Source of the DNA: an uncultured virus (IMG/VR IMGVR_UViG_3300009466_000002)
Taxonomy: Duplodnaviria; Heunggongvirae; Uroviricota; Caudoviricetes
Direction: 5' to 3' (one strand)
DNA: 64,000 bases
IMG/VR virus record: IMGVR_UViG_3300009466_000002
The position numbers and the translations under genes were made by a program. Under the pieces are notes generated by a model. It was not told the origin of the DNA. It did not search any database and worked only from the letters and a program-made list of their open reading frames with translations. This document shows positions 24,334 through 34,511 of the stretch, piece after piece (position 1 is the stretch's first letter; every line of letters starts with the position of its first letter).

Positions 24334-25476
24334 ATGGCCGGCTCGAAGGTGAAGACGTACCCCAATACCTGGGAGGGCGTTGAGCAGGCGGCCAAGGATG
24401 CGGGGGCGAAGCATGTGTCGCTGGTGGCGGCGCAGTGGGCCCTCGAGAGTGGGTTCGGCAAGCACGCTCCCGGCCAGAACTACTTCGGTCTGAAGGGCGC
24501 CGGCAAAGGGCGCAAGACCAAGGAGTTCGTCAATGGCAAGTGGGTGACGATCACGGACGAGTTCCTGGAGTTTCCCGATCTCGGGGCGTGCGTGAAGTAC
24601 CTCGTGACCCGGTGGTACAAGGACTGGGACCAGTACGAGGGGGTGGACCGGGCGCCGACGCTGGAGGCCGCGGCGAAGGAGCTGGTCAAGCAGGGCTACG
24701 CCACGGATCCCGGGTATGTGGCGAAGCTGCTGAAGCTGCTCGGGGAGCATGCGCCGCAGAGTGAGCCCGCGAAGCCGGTGGTGAAGGCGTCGCCCAAGGT
24801 GATCCTGTATCGCATCGAGGCCACGCAGGACACCTGGCTGAAGAAGCGACCGGTGCAGTCAGCCGAGCTCGGGGAGAAGGAGAAGGTGAGCTGCCCGAAG
24901 GGGCGGGATTATGCAGTGGTTGCATACACCGAGTGCGCGGCCGACGGGCATGCGCAGGTGGAGCTGGCTGCGGGTGCAGGTACGTGGTTCTTGTTCGAGC
25001 CGCACTGGCGCAAGGTGGTGGGCTCCGGGGAGTCCATGCGCCCCGAGGTCGACTGGAGTGACTTCAACTGCTTGGTGACGCCGAATCTGACGGTGGGCGA
25101 GATCCTGCAGTGGGACAAGCGACGGATTCCTGGGCCGGCGGCTTCGGTGCGGACTCGGTTGCTGCGTACCGCGGCGGAGTTCCAGCGAGTGCGCGAGGCG
25201 TGGGGCCGGCCGTTAGGCGTGACGAGCTTCTACCGGCCAGAGCCGATCAATCGCCAGGTGGGCGGCGTGCCGGGCTCGCGGCACGTCCTCGGGGAGGCGT
25301 TTGATGTGTACCCGGTGGACCGGAGCCTGGACAGCTTCTACCAGTGGATTCGCACTCGGTGGACCGGGGGGCTGGGGGACGGGCGGCCGCGCGGCTTCGT
25401 GCATCTGGACACCCGCGGCGGTGGGGGATTTGCGCCGGGTGCTGGGCGTAGGCCCGCGGCCGAGTGGCTGTACTGA
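24334..25476 (+). CDS. endolysin: GH73 glucosaminidase + Peptidase M15
   Basis: AAQWALESGFG...NYFGLKG...GYATDP.Y; VTSFYR....N..VGG...SRH..GEAFD...FVHLDTR. Confidence 0.9.
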   Translation: MAGSKVKTYPNTWEGVEQAAKDAGAKHVSLVAAQWALESGFGKHAPGQNYFGLKGAGKGRKTKEFVNGKWVTITDEFLEFPDLGACVKYLVTRWYKDWDQYEGVDRAPTLEAAAKELVKQGYATDPGYVAKLLKLLGEHAPQSEPAKPVVKASPKVILYRIEATQDTWLKKRPVQSAELGEKEKVSCPKGRDYAVVAYTECAADGHAQVELAAGAGTWFLFEPHWRKVVGSGESMRPEVDWSDFNCLVTPNLTVGEILQWDKRRIPGPAASVRTRLLRTAAEFQRVREAWGRPLGVTSFYRPEPINRQVGGVPGSRHVLGEAFDVYPVDRSLDSFYQWIRTRWTGGLGDGRPRGFVHLDTRGGGGFAPGAGRRPAAEWLY

Positions 25477-25619
25477 TGGACAACCGCACTCGGGAGAACT
25501 GGGCGCAGGTCAAGGAAGCGCTGGAGAAGGCCGGTAAGACGAGCAGCCCCTTTTACGCAAGAGCGGTGGCGGTGCTGACGACGGGGCGGGATCCAGGGCC
25601 AGATTTCGGTGGGAAGTGA
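25476..25619 (+). CDS. small conserved cyanophage protein (47 aa)
   Basis: MDNRTRENWAQVKEALEKAGKTSSPFYARAVAVL; TGATG overlap with the endolysin. Confidence 0.7.
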   Translation: MDNRTRENWAQVKEALEKAGKTSSPFYARAVAVLTTGRDPGPDFGGK

Positions 25620-25696
25620 AGAGCCGAGATCCACTGCGGCGCAGTGGTTTTGAGGTGTTGGCGTTGACAATGTAATTGTCAATATGTAACGGCGCC

Positions 25697-26530
25697 TCAA
25701 TACGTACCGCCGTCGATGGTGATGCCGTCAATGGTGCCGCCGGTGATGGCCACGTTGTCGGCGTTCTGGGTGCTCATCGTCCCGAGGCCGGTGATGTCGG
25801 TGTTAGGGATGGTGGCAGAGGCGGACAGAGCACTGGTGCCGGAGCCTTTGACGTAGCCGGTGAGGGTGGTCGCGCCGGTGCCGCCGTAGGCAACGCCGAT
25901 GGTGGAGGCGTTCCAGACACCCGAGGTCAGGGTGCCAACGGAGGTCAGCGAGCTGGAGAGGACGCCAGAACCGAGGCCGGTTTTGCTCAGGACGACGGCG
26001 CCGTCAATTCGGAAGGAGAAGCCGGAGGTCAGCTCGATGTTCTGGTTTGAGGTCCAGCTGTCGGTGGCGTCGTACCAGAGGAAGCTCTTGTCGGTGCCGG
26101 CCTTGAGGACGATGCCGCCACCGTTGGCGGTTTCGTCAGAAGGAGAATCAGTGGCACCGAGCTCGAGGGTCAGGTCGTCGACCGAGACCGTGGTCGAGTT
26201 GATGGTGGTCGTCGTGCCGTTGACGGTGAGGTTGCCGCCGACAGTGACGTTCCCCGTGGTCGAGAGCGTGGAGATGGTGGCGCCACTCAGGTCAACCGTG
26301 CCTGTGAAGGTCTTGTTCCCAGAGATGGTCTGGGCGCCGGTTAGGTTGACGAAGGCGCCGGGGCCGCCAATAGTGAGGATTGCAGAGGCGGTTCCGTTCT
26401 CGCCGCCTGTGCCTTTGCCGTAGTAGAGGATCTCGTCGACCTCGTTGAAGGCGAGCTCGGCGTTGAGTAGGGAAGCAGGGGCGCCTGCGTCACCAGAAGC
26501 GCGGCGGCGGATGCGGATGGGGTTGGCCAT
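25697..26530 (-). CDS. tail fibre protein
   Basis: N-terminal IRIRR...P..L...ELAFN..D attachment domain; GNLTVNGTTTTINST repeats; IDGGTY end. Confidence 0.85.
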   Translation of the reverse strand: MANPIRIRRRASGDAGAPASLLNAELAFNEVDEILYYGKGTGGENGTASAILTIGGPGAFVNLTGAQTISGNKTFTGTVDLSGATISTLSTTGNVTVGGNLTVNGTTTTINSTTVSVDDLTLELGATDSPSDETANGGGIVLKAGTDKSFLWYDATDSWTSNQNIELTSGFSFRIDGAVVLSKTGLGSGVLSSSLTSVGTLTSGVWNASTIGVAYGGTGATTLTGYVKGSGTSALSASATIPNTDITGLGTMSTQNADNVAITGGTIDGITIDGGTY

Positions 26531-26533
26531 GGG

Positions 26534-26800
26534 TCAGAAGTTTCCTCCGTCTGTGGTGGTGAGAAATGTGTGGGAGGCGTCAGCCCTGAATGAGCTCTCC
26601 ACTGAGTCGTAGTAGACCAAGGAACCAGTAGTGGGGCTGTCGAGTAGGACAGGCACGCCTAGGCCAGCTGGACCCTGGGGGCCTTGGGTGGCGATCTCGA
26701 CGGTGAGGGCAGCCTGGGCTGCTTCAACAAGGGTAAGAGCGCCGGTGGTTTCAGTAACTTCGACGTAGGCCGAGGTGCTTGTGGCGACGACGATGTTCAT
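26534..26800 (-). CDS. small tail-associated protein with short collagen motif
   Basis: GPQGPAG; TDGGNF end; ATG 26800. Confidence 0.7.
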   Translation of the reverse strand: MNIVVATSTSAYVEVTETTGALTLVEAAQAALTVEIATQGPQGPAGLGVPVLLDSPTTGSLVYYDSVESSFRADASHTFLTTTDGGNF

Positions 26801-27135
26801 GGGCTCGTGTAACCCTGCTCGGTGAGGATTCCGCCTTCTAGGTAGTACTCCTTTTCGCCTAGTGCGTTGACGAGGAGAACGTCGTAGACAGTTTGGTCGG
26901 GAAGCGTCGTTGTAGTTGCTGCTGACAGCGTCATCTTGATCTTGCCAGCGGCGCGGTCTGTATAGGTAATGGTGAAGTCGGCGTATTTCGTGCTGCGGGC
27001 TTGGTCCCAGATTTGGGAATAGGCGCTCCAACCTGTGAGATTGATAGGCGCGCGGTTGCTATCGAGGAAGCGCAACTCCACGCTGTAGTCGGCGCGGCGC
27101 TGCATCTTGATGTTGTAAACCCCAGGCTGGATCAT
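26797..27135 (-). CDS. tail/baseplate accessory protein (Ig-like)
   Basis: PINLTGW...QIW...YDVLL.....KEYYLEG. Confidence 0.75.
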   Translation of the reverse strand: MIQPGVYNIKMQRRADYSVELRFLDSNRAPINLTGWSAYSQIWDQARSTKYADFTITYTDRAAGKIKMTLSAATTTTLPDQTVYDVLLVNALGEKEYYLEGGILTEQGYTSP

Positions 27136-27172
27136 GGCGCCGTCCTCCTACGGCAGTCTAGGTGGGTTGCTG

Positions 27173-27478
27173 TTAGCGGACGTTGCGCAGTGCGGCCTTG
27201 ATGGGGGAGTACAGCGCTACGACTTGCTCGATTTGGCGGGCGGTGGCGGGGTTGCCGGTGGCCTGGGCGATGGAAGCGGCAATCTCGGCGGTCATCACCT
27301 CGGGCTCGGCGGTGCGGAGCAGGGTGGGCATCTCTTCGTCGAGGCGCTCGTAGACGTAGGGCAACGCCCTGCGCAGGGGCCGATCGATTGCCGCAGTGGC
27401 CAGGGGCTTGATGATGGCTTCGGTGATGCCCATCACGAGGAACGCGATCAGGCCATCGATGATTGTGCGGAGAGACAT
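27173..27478 (-). CDS. membrane-anchored hypothetical protein
   Basis: N-terminal hydrophobic segment. Confidence 0.65.
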   Translation of the reverse strand: MSLRTIIDGLIAFLVMGITEAIIKPLATAAIDRPLRRALPYVYERLDEEMPTLLRTAEPEVMTAEIAASIAQATGNPATARQIEQVVALYSPIKAALRNVR

Positions 27479-27482
27479 GAGA

Positions 27483-27737
27483 TCAGGTGGTAGGTGGGGA
27501 AGGTGGACCATTGCGGCGTCCTCGGGGTGTGCTCTGCGAGGGGCTGTCGGTGATGAACGCCCACATCGTTGAGGCCGCACCACCGGCCACGGTGAATGCC
27601 TGGGTCCATTGGTTGCCGCATTGGCCGGGTCGCCGTATTTCGCAGCTGGCGACGTTGGCGCTAGCCATCACCATCATGTAGCCGTAGCACCCAACCAAGA
27701 GGCGCAGAACCAGCGTCACGACGGTGGGGTGGTTCAT
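27483..27737 (-). CDS. putative holin (two hydrophobic segments)
   Basis: VVTLVLRLLVGCYGYMMVMA and AFTVAGGAASTMWAFI; basic C-tail. Confidence 0.5.
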   Translation of the reverse strand: MNHPTVVTLVLRLLVGCYGYMMVMASANVASCEIRRPGQCGNQWTQAFTVAGGAASTMWAFITDSPSQSTPRGRRNGPPSPPTT

Positions 27738-27979
27738 GTCGAGGTGGCTTCGAGCTTGGCGACGCGCTGCTCGAGGCCGTTGATGCGTTGGTAGGTCTCT
27801 TTGCGGTCGGCCTTGATGTCGACGTGGAGCTCTTCGAGACGGAGGGCGACGTTCTCGACAGCGGCGGTGAGTTTGATGACGGCTTCGCGCCCGTCGCGTG
27901 CGCTGCGGTTAGCACCACCGACGCCCATCGCTCCGACAGTGATGGCGGCGCCGACGACGGCTGCGGCTACTTCAACCAC
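27734..27979 (-). CDS. TM + coiled-coil protein (holin/antiholin-like)
   Basis: N-terminal TM, then a heptad stretch ending RINGLEQRVAKLE. Confidence 0.65.
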   Translation of the reverse strand: MVEVAAAVVGAAITVGAMGVGGANRSARDGREAVIKLTAAVENVALRLEELHVDIKADRKETYQRINGLEQRVAKLEATST

Positions 27980-28017
27980 GACAGAACGGAGCGTACAAAC
28001 CAGCGTAGCGAGGCTGA

Positions 28018-28161
28018 TTAACGGCCCTGTCCACGAAGTTTTTTACGTCCTCGGCGACTAGGGCGGGAGTGCTGACCCTGACCTTGCGCGGTTGTTTTGG
28101 GACGGCCTTTGCAGAATTCCAGGCGAGTTGTGGAGATGCCGGCCTTGCTTTTGACTGCCAC
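28018..28161 (-). CDS. small basic protein (47 aa)
   Basis: MAVKSKAG...PKTTAQGQGQHSRP..GRKKLRGQGR; RGQG-ending peptide common in phages. Confidence 0.7.
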   Translation of the reverse strand: MAVKSKAGISTTRLEFCKGRPKTTAQGQGQHSRPSRRGRKKLRGQGR

Positions 28162-28214
28162 AGTAAGCGGTGAGCTTCACCAGTTTAGAGAGGGGTCAGA
28201 GCAGAAAGAACTGC

Positions 28215-29327
28215 TTATCCGCTTATGTACGAGACTTGTACAAAGAACTGATAGTTAGGTGAACTGCCTAATGCTGCTTTTAGTGTTCCCCAGGTTGAGT
28301 AGCCACTTACGCCTATGTAGGCGTAGTTAGTTGATATGCCAGCGGAAATCATATAAGAGTAATTTCCTATTTGTGGATAAGAGATTTGGCCCACGGGCAC
28401 TGTCCGTCCGGGACCGTAGTCTGTGCCAACAACAGATACTATAGTCGGCAGCACAAATACAGGAGTATATGCGTCGTAGGTCGAACCCCCGGAATCTGAG
28501 TTAAAGACTCCCTGAACGCGAAGACGTGCCTCGACATATTCGCCTATCTTGATATAATTGCCTTGAGCATTCCATATGGATTCGTGAAATATATTAAAAG
28601 TTTGACCGGTTGAAGTATCAAGGAGTTTGAAGTAATGAGCCCAATTATACCAGCCTCTTTCGTAGTCATTTAGTCCGTAGCCAAAAGCGTCATCGTTAAA
28701 CTGGAAGCCTCCTGAATTGCTAGTGAGCCGTATAAATCCATTATGTCTAACTTGAAGGCGCTCAACACCCGCAGCATCACTACCGGTACTTATAGAGAGA
28801 TACCTTGATCCAAGGGGTCCTGCTGTCTTGATAACCGTTGTGCCTTCTGACTCTGTGGCTGAGCCTGCAAATGTCAGAGATGGGTCGACTTGACTAGGGT
28901 CTCCTGGACCACCGGAGCCGAGTACGACATTGTATGCCGTGGACGTGCCTGGCTTAAACAGCCTGACTATTGTTCCGTCTACACAAACAACATTGATGCC
29001 TATTTTCCCGTCATCGTTAATGTATATCTTTGGTCCTGAGTTTGTCGCTAGTGCGAGAGTGTTGCTCAGTACTTTGTACAGGCCGTAGGCCGGGACTGTC
29101 GTACTTGTGACAGCGACGTTACCGCACGTCAGTGTACCTGTAGTGCTTAGGTTTTTGGATCCGAAATTAGGACCGCCGATGTTTACAACACTAGGCGTAT
29201 CTCCCGAGAGCTTTGCGAATAGGATCCCATCGGCAGTGTTAAGCGCTAACTCGCCATCTACCAGATCCGAAGTCGTTGGTACTGCGCCAGATGTCGCATT
29301 GCTTTTTAGGCTGACAGGTACTGCCAT
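28215..29327 (-). CDS. tail fibre / receptor-binding protein (lower GC)
   Basis: N-terminal P...DL.DGELALNTADG.LF domain; LNDYE.G module. Confidence 0.8.
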   Translation of the reverse strand: MAVPVSLKSNATSGAVPTTSDLVDGELALNTADGILFAKLSGDTPSVVNIGGPNFGSKNLSTTGTLTCGNVAVTSTTVPAYGLYKVLSNTLALATNSGPKIYINDDGKIGINVVCVDGTIVRLFKPGTSTAYNVVLGSGGPGDPSQVDPSLTFAGSATESEGTTVIKTAGPLGSRYLSISTGSDAAGVERLQVRHNGFIRLTSNSGGFQFNDDAFGYGLNDYERGWYNWAHYFKLLDTSTGQTFNIFHESIWNAQGNYIKIGEYVEARLRVQGVFNSDSGGSTYDAYTPVFVLPTIVSVVGTDYGPGRTVPVGQISYPQIGNYSYMISAGISTNYAYIGVSGYSTWGTLKAALGSSPNYQFFVQVSYISG

Positions 29328-29356
29328 GGGCTATGAACCTACAGGGTTCCGTCGAG

Positions 29357-29632
29357 CTAAGCGGTTGCTGGAAATTCTTGCTCGCTCGCGGATGCTGAGA
29401 CGTACTCGGTGTACGCCGTGATGATTTCCGGAGTCCAGACGGCTGCGGCAATGTTCTGCAATTCCACCGGGTCGGTGTCCAGGATCTCGCCAGGAGCACG
29501 GCTGAAGCGACTGTGGTTTCGAGCGATCTCGACCCCATCTTTTTCCACGATGTCTGCGCGGCGGCACTGAATGATCGAGAACGGAGGGACGATCTCGTAC
29601 TTGTATTCGACCTTTTCGATGAATTCAGCCAT
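29357..29632 (-). CDS. tail fibre-associated protein
   Basis: IQ.R.A.I.EKDGVEI.R..SR....PG...IAAAVWT.E.I.AY. Confidence 0.75.
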   Translation of the reverse strand: MAEFIEKVEYKYEIVPPFSIIQCRRADIVEKDGVEIARNHSRFSRAPGEILDTDPVELQNIAAAVWTPEIITAYTEYVSASASEQEFPATA

Positions 29633-29690
29633 AGCTAGGCGCTAGAAGTGGGCCGGGATGACCCACCTTAGCGCCGTTGTGTCAAGGGAG

Positions 29691-32600
29691 TTAAGCGTTT
29701 AAGTAGCTGACGCTAGCCGTGAAAACGTGACTAGCCGCTACGCCTAATACTGCATTTAGTTCCGCCCAGGTGCTAATACCTGCGTATACAGCGATGTTCG
29801 TACCCATAATGTTGTAAATGATATGGTTGTCATTTATGGATCCAATGCCTATGGGAAGAATGCGCTGTGTCTGCGGAGCGTCTGTTCCTGTTAATGAAGA
29901 TGCTGTTGGAAGTATTAGTTGAAAGAGCCAGGTGTCATAAGTAGAGTCTAAGATGGGGTTCAAGCCGCATTGCAGCCTGAAGCGGAAGCTAGTTTCATCA
30001 CCGATGGTTGTATAGTTACCTTGTGTATTGGTCGCGTTGGGGTTGTTTATCTCTATGTAGTTGGTGCTGTCTGCGGGATCCGTTAGACGGAGCCTGAAAC
30101 CGTTAGCAACTCCTGTCTCGTAGTCTGTGCTGTCCCCTACGATGGAGAAATTCTGGATAGAAGGTTGTAGGTAATAGGTGCCATTGTCATCCGCACCCAA
30201 GAGGCTGTCCGCCGCTGTTACACTATTGTGTGCGCCAAATACACCGTAACCACTCTCCACAAAGAAGTTTGTGTACGGCCCAGGACTGTGAACGGACTTA
30301 AACCAGTTTGTTGAGCTGTTGTTGTTAAATAAACCGCCCCAACTCGCGGCGGATAGACCGCGCTGAGTAAGTGTGGCCCGTGAATTTGCAGCTGTACGTC
30401 CGTCTAATGAGTCGAACAAGCCACGGAATGCCCAAAGGCGCCATTCCCAAGGCTTTGTTCCGCTCAGAATCCAGCTTAGGTTCGAGGTGTAACCGCCATA
30501 AGATGCACCATCGATAGTGAATTCAGCATTTGCGTCAATCAGGTTGAATAGAATTCGAGTGGGCGGGGGGTTATCTGCAGTGCTGCGGTTGTTAATAAAT
30601 TCAAAATAAGCTGTCGCTTTACGCTTATCCTCGTCCGCAGCGGGCAAGGCATCATTAGGCACCATCGCAGCGCCGTACTCTACCGGGTGATTTTCAGTGG
30701 CGTGGAAGACGGTGACGTCGTACGAAGGGACTAGCTGACCTCCTGATTTGACCTGATGCCCATCCCCCGAGAGTTTTAAGCCAAAGTAAACTGGCTTATT
30801 ATTATGACGTAGGTAAGGGACGAAAGGAGATATGTGTGCGCCGATAAATACCTTGATAGTTCTGTAGATATTGACGTCACTGCTATTAAGAATGACCTCG
30901 ACAAGCAGGTTTGAGGTCTGTATGTTTTCGCCTACGACACAGGTTGTGCGAGCGTCCCCGCCATTCAGAGGTGCGAGGGTCGAGCGCAGGTGAAAACGCC
31001 CTTTTTGGGGTATTGGTGCTGAATCTGGGTGGGTTGTGTAGAAGACGACGTTACGGAAGGGGCCGTTACCTTGATTGAAGCTATCTGTCTGCGAGTAATC
31101 AATGACCTGAACGCGGTCGGGATCATCCCATTGGTTGGGGACGATGTAAGTCAGTACGCTGGGGTCGCTGGAGCCAATCGTGCCGTCAGCTACTGCGCCC
31201 ATATCGACATTATCTGACAGAAGATAGATGTCAATATGATCCCCAGGGTCAATCGTAAAGTTATCCGGCAGCGAGTTATACGCGGCTTGAATTGATGGGT
31301 GTAACGTAACGTCATTAAGATTGACTGTGCCCCCTGTGATTAGAGGGTACGCGCTCGCATTTGCAGGTAGTGTGGCCCCTGTAGGAAACACGTATACGCG
31401 ACGGGATGCAGCGTTAAGAGCAGCGGCGTAACGGTTTGATGCGTAGTAGTGCAGTCCCTCTGGTGTTACGAAGCGAGCGCCAGCAGCATCAAGCTGCGTA
31501 TCAGTGGTGATATTTGCTGGATCTGTCAGTTCACTCACTGTCGCGATCTTTCCGACGCCGTAGCGTGTCACTGCACCTTGAGAGGCGACGCTCCAACTCA
31601 CATTGGACGCGGTGATGTTAAGAGTGTCGGCAATATCTGTAGTCCCTTTGAGCTGGATGTTATTCAACTCAGTGGGCTGCTCTAGGCCGATGTCACTGGC
31701 GCCTAGGTTCTCAACGCTGAGTGTCGAACCTGTGGCCGGGTCTTCGATACCACGAGGAGTGACTTGGTAGCCTTCCTCGTTGAAACCGGTTCCGTACACG
31801 CGACCGCCGTCCGCGCTCGTGAAGTAGTAGGAGAATTTGTTTTGGACGCTCAGGTCTTTTTGGATGCTAGGTAGGGACTTGCTGTAGTTCAGATATCCCG
31901 CCCATTCCCAGGCATGTCCGTACATACGGATCACACTCGGGCGCCTGAATTCGAGCCCCCAGTTGGTTAAGACATTGACAGCACCGTTCGGTGTGTAGTT
32001 CTTCATATCAGCGGCGACGCTGGGGTTCAGTTCCCTATCTGCCGCGCTGCGGGGTAGCAGAATGTCGTGCGCTTGGTTCGAGGAGAAGCCGAGGCCGGTC
32101 AGTAGTTGGTGCAAGCCTTGATAGTCCGCGGCGCTCCTGTACTGAGTCTGGATCAGTTGGTTCGTTGTCCAAACTGTGGATAGGTTATATCCGAGAACGA
32201 TCTTGGGTGATTGTGAACTCGTGTAGTTCTCGCTGCCGCTCTGATCATCGTCGAATGTGATGATTGGAGCTTCGGCTTTGATTGAGTCTTCAGCATTGAA
32301 CTCTGTCGACATGTGGACGAAGGCTTCGTCCCAGAGAGCAGCATCAAACTGTGCCGATTGATGGTCTAAGTTTGCGATGTAATGTTTGTTGAATAGCCTG
32401 ACTACAGAGCCTTTCCTATAGAATGTGTTGGCTTGCCACGTATTTTCGGGGTTGCCACGGCGCAGACTTACTTCTGCCGCTCTCGGTTTACCAGTGACTG
32501 CTAATTTACCAGCGTTGGTGACGAGTAGAGTTTCGTCACTTGCTAACCCGCTGACGTAGCCATAGCTGCCTGCGTCAGTCTGCAGCGCATAATCGCGGAA

Positions 32601-34463
32601 CGGCGTCCGATTGACGAGGTTGTCTGCTGTGAGTTGTAGGGTGTAACGGCGTTGTGCGGGAGAGCGGGTATCGACAAATCGTCGGATATACACACGCTTC
32701 CCGACGGCATTATTGACACCAGAGCCAGGGAGTACACCGGGGACAGCGCCGCTCTCGGTGGTTATCTGCCCCGAGATGTTAAGTACGGTCGGTGCACTTG
32801 TGCTCCAGGCACTGGATGTGAATGTGCTACGCCAATCATCCCCCAGTGGATTCTCAACCCAGACGTAGCTGGCCGAGCGGAGTGTGTACCCATCACGAGC
32901 GACAATATCGGGGACGCCTGTGATTGTTTCGCTTTCCCCAAGTGCCGATTCTAAGGTTAGAGTTGTTGATGTAATTGCGCTGATTGTGCCTAAATAGATG
33001 CGCTTGACGTTACCTTCGAGTTCGGCAAGGTTTGTTGCGACTTTGATGCGGTAGGCTTGCCAGTTAGTATCGCTGCCGAAGCTCGAACCTCTATACCCTG
33101 AGGATATAGCTGCACAGCCACCGAATGAGCTGTTGCTGTTGGTGATAGTGATCTCACCACCATTACTGGTGAAGTGGTGAACACCTTGCCCGATCGCGAA
33201 TACGGATACTGCCTGAATAAAAGCATCATTGATTGCTACAATATGTCGGCTTAGTCGTGCTGGATTCATCCGAACATTGTCGGGATCGGCATTGATGTAA
33301 TCCGTGTAGTTTGCCGTGCTCCATCCTCCGTTGGCATAGATCTGCCAACTATTCATGTCCTTCTGGAGTGACACGCCAGTGAAGTTGGCGCACACCATGG
33401 ACTTGAAGCCACCGACCTTGGCCCCATCAATCCATGCGCCGCCAAGTCCGTACTCGCTGCGGATGGAGACGTTGAAGATGTAGGGAGACGCGCTCGCGGT
33501 AGCGTCCCAATCGCTCGTCGGCGTCTGAGTTAGATCTACAGGCGCGACGATGTTGTACTCTGTCCCCCTTGTGACAACCAGACTTTGCCCGAGATTGGCG
33601 GGGTTCCCATTCTCACCGAGCGCTTTGTATACTTTTTGATAAAAAAGATCGAGTTCTGTCTTTGAGGCGAACCCAAACACAGACATCAAGTGATGACTAG
33701 TCGTAAGATTTATTTTGTCCATTACTGTGAACCCGAAGAAATATCCGGTTCCAGTAATCTTCAGAATCTGGCGATGATTGGAGTAGTTCGCTGTCTCGTC
33801 CTCGGCGGCTTTTACCCAGTTTGGACGGATGGTGACCTTTCGTAGATCAGGGCCACACAATGAGCAACCCCGAGGGAGTAGAACACCGCCCTCGGGAGGA
33901 TTAAATTTGACCAGTTCCTGAATGCTCGGCTCGTAGGTACCACTCTGGCTGCTCCAGGAAGCCAGTGCGGCCGTGTTGCTATCTCCCGGGTCGTTGTAAA
34001 CGGTGTGCACACCCGCAGATAGGACAATGGATACACAATCCAGGTGAGCCTCAGGACTCGTGAATGAGTACCAGTTCTTGGAGGTAATTATTGCAGCTTC
34101 GATAACAGCGCGGTTAATCGTCTTAAATGGTCGACTAGGCGTGTACCCACAAGTGAGCCTCTGATTGTCGAGCCGCTTTAGTTTTGCGCTAATTTTTTCT
34201 GCATCAGGCTCTGCTCCGGTCAGCTCTGTTGAGTTGTAAGAACCTGAGGCGAAAGTATCGGATCCAATATACGGGTTTACATACAGAGTAAAAGGGGCTG
34301 TTAAAGGGTCTACAATTTCCGCCGAACCACTTGCGACATTTGCATTACCTGCAAGTTGACGGACAATATCGTTAAGCGCCGCTACCTGACTACGGAAGTC
34401 TGCCTGAGTTGCATCGATATGGGAAAGGGAACCTGCCGTTCCTGCCAGATTGAGGCGCGTCAC
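29691..34463 (-). CDS. large tail spike/fibre protein (beta-helix-like)
   Basis: 1590 aa; LYVNPYIG.D, RPFKTINRA, ASPYIFN.SIRS, FKSMV.ANFTGVSLQKD. Confidence 0.85.
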   Translation of the reverse strand: MTRLNLAGTAGSLSHIDATQADFRSQVAALNDIVRQLAGNANVASGSAEIVDPLTAPFTLYVNPYIGSDTFASGSYNSTELTGAEPDAEKISAKLKRLDNQRLTCGYTPSRPFKTINRAVIEAAIITSKNWYSFTSPEAHLDCVSIVLSAGVHTVYNDPGDSNTAALASWSSQSGTYEPSIQELVKFNPPEGGVLLPRGCSLCGPDLRKVTIRPNWVKAAEDETANYSNHRQILKITGTGYFFGFTVMDKINLTTSHHLMSVFGFASKTELDLFYQKVYKALGENGNPANLGQSLVVTRGTEYNIVAPVDLTQTPTSDWDATASASPYIFNVSIRSEYGLGGAWIDGAKVGGFKSMVCANFTGVSLQKDMNSWQIYANGGWSTANYTDYINADPDNVRMNPARLSRHIVAINDAFIQAVSVFAIGQGVHHFTSNGGEITITNSNSSFGGCAAISSGYRGSSFGSDTNWQAYRIKVATNLAELEGNVKRIYLGTISAITSTTLTLESALGESETITGVPDIVARDGYTLRSASYVWVENPLGDDWRSTFTSSAWSTSAPTVLNISGQITTESGAVPGVLPGSGVNNAVGKRVYIRRFVDTRSPAQRRYTLQLTADNLVNRTPFRDYALQTDAGSYGYVSGLASDETLLVTNAGKLAVTGKPRAAEVSLRRGNPENTWQANTFYRKGSVVRLFNKHYIANLDHQSAQFDAALWDEAFVHMSTEFNAEDSIKAEAPIITFDDDQSGSENYTSSQSPKIVLGYNLSTVWTTNQLIQTQYRSAADYQGLHQLLTGLGFSSNQAHDILLPRSAADRELNPSVAADMKNYTPNGAVNVLTNWGLEFRRPSVIRMYGHAWEWAGYLNYSKSLPSIQKDLSVQNKFSYYFTSADGGRVYGTGFNEEGYQVTPRGIEDPATGSTLSVENLGASDIGLEQPTELNNIQLKGTTDIADTLNITASNVSWSVASQGAVTRYGVGKIATVSELTDPANITTDTQLDAAGARFVTPEGLHYYASNRYAAALNAASRRVYVFPTGATLPANASAYPLITGGTVNLNDVTLHPSIQAAYNSLPDNFTIDPGDHIDIYLLSDNVDMGAVADGTIGSSDPSVLTYIVPNQWDDPDRVQVIDYSQTDSFNQGNGPFRNVVFYTTHPDSAPIPQKGRFHLRSTLAPLNGGDARTTCVVGENIQTSNLLVEVILNSSDVNIYRTIKVFIGAHISPFVPYLRHNNKPVYFGLKLSGDGHQVKSGGQLVPSYDVTVFHATENHPVEYGAAMVPNDALPAADEDKRKATAYFEFINNRSTADNPPPTRILFNLIDANAEFTIDGASYGGYTSNLSWILSGTKPWEWRLWAFRGLFDSLDGRTAANSRATLTQRGLSAASWGGLFNNNSSTNWFKSVHSPGPYTNFFVESGYGVFGAHNSVTAADSLLGADDNGTYYLQPSIQNFSIVGDSTDYETGVANGFRLRLTDPADSTNYIEINNPNATNTQGNYTTIGDETSFRFRLQCGLNPILDSTYDTWLFQLILPTASSLTGTDAPQTQRILPIGIGSINDNHIIYNIMGTNIAVYAGISTWAELNAVLGVAASHVFTASVSYLNA

Positions 34464-34511
34464 GAGTTACCGGAGCATTTGCTTCAGTGTAACCACGCCG
34501 GTGGAGACTTA

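Noticed and set aside
25697..34463. Diversity-generating retroelement or invertible fibre cassette
   Set aside because: No reverse transcriptase or serine invertase in the window, and no template/variable repeat pair noticed.
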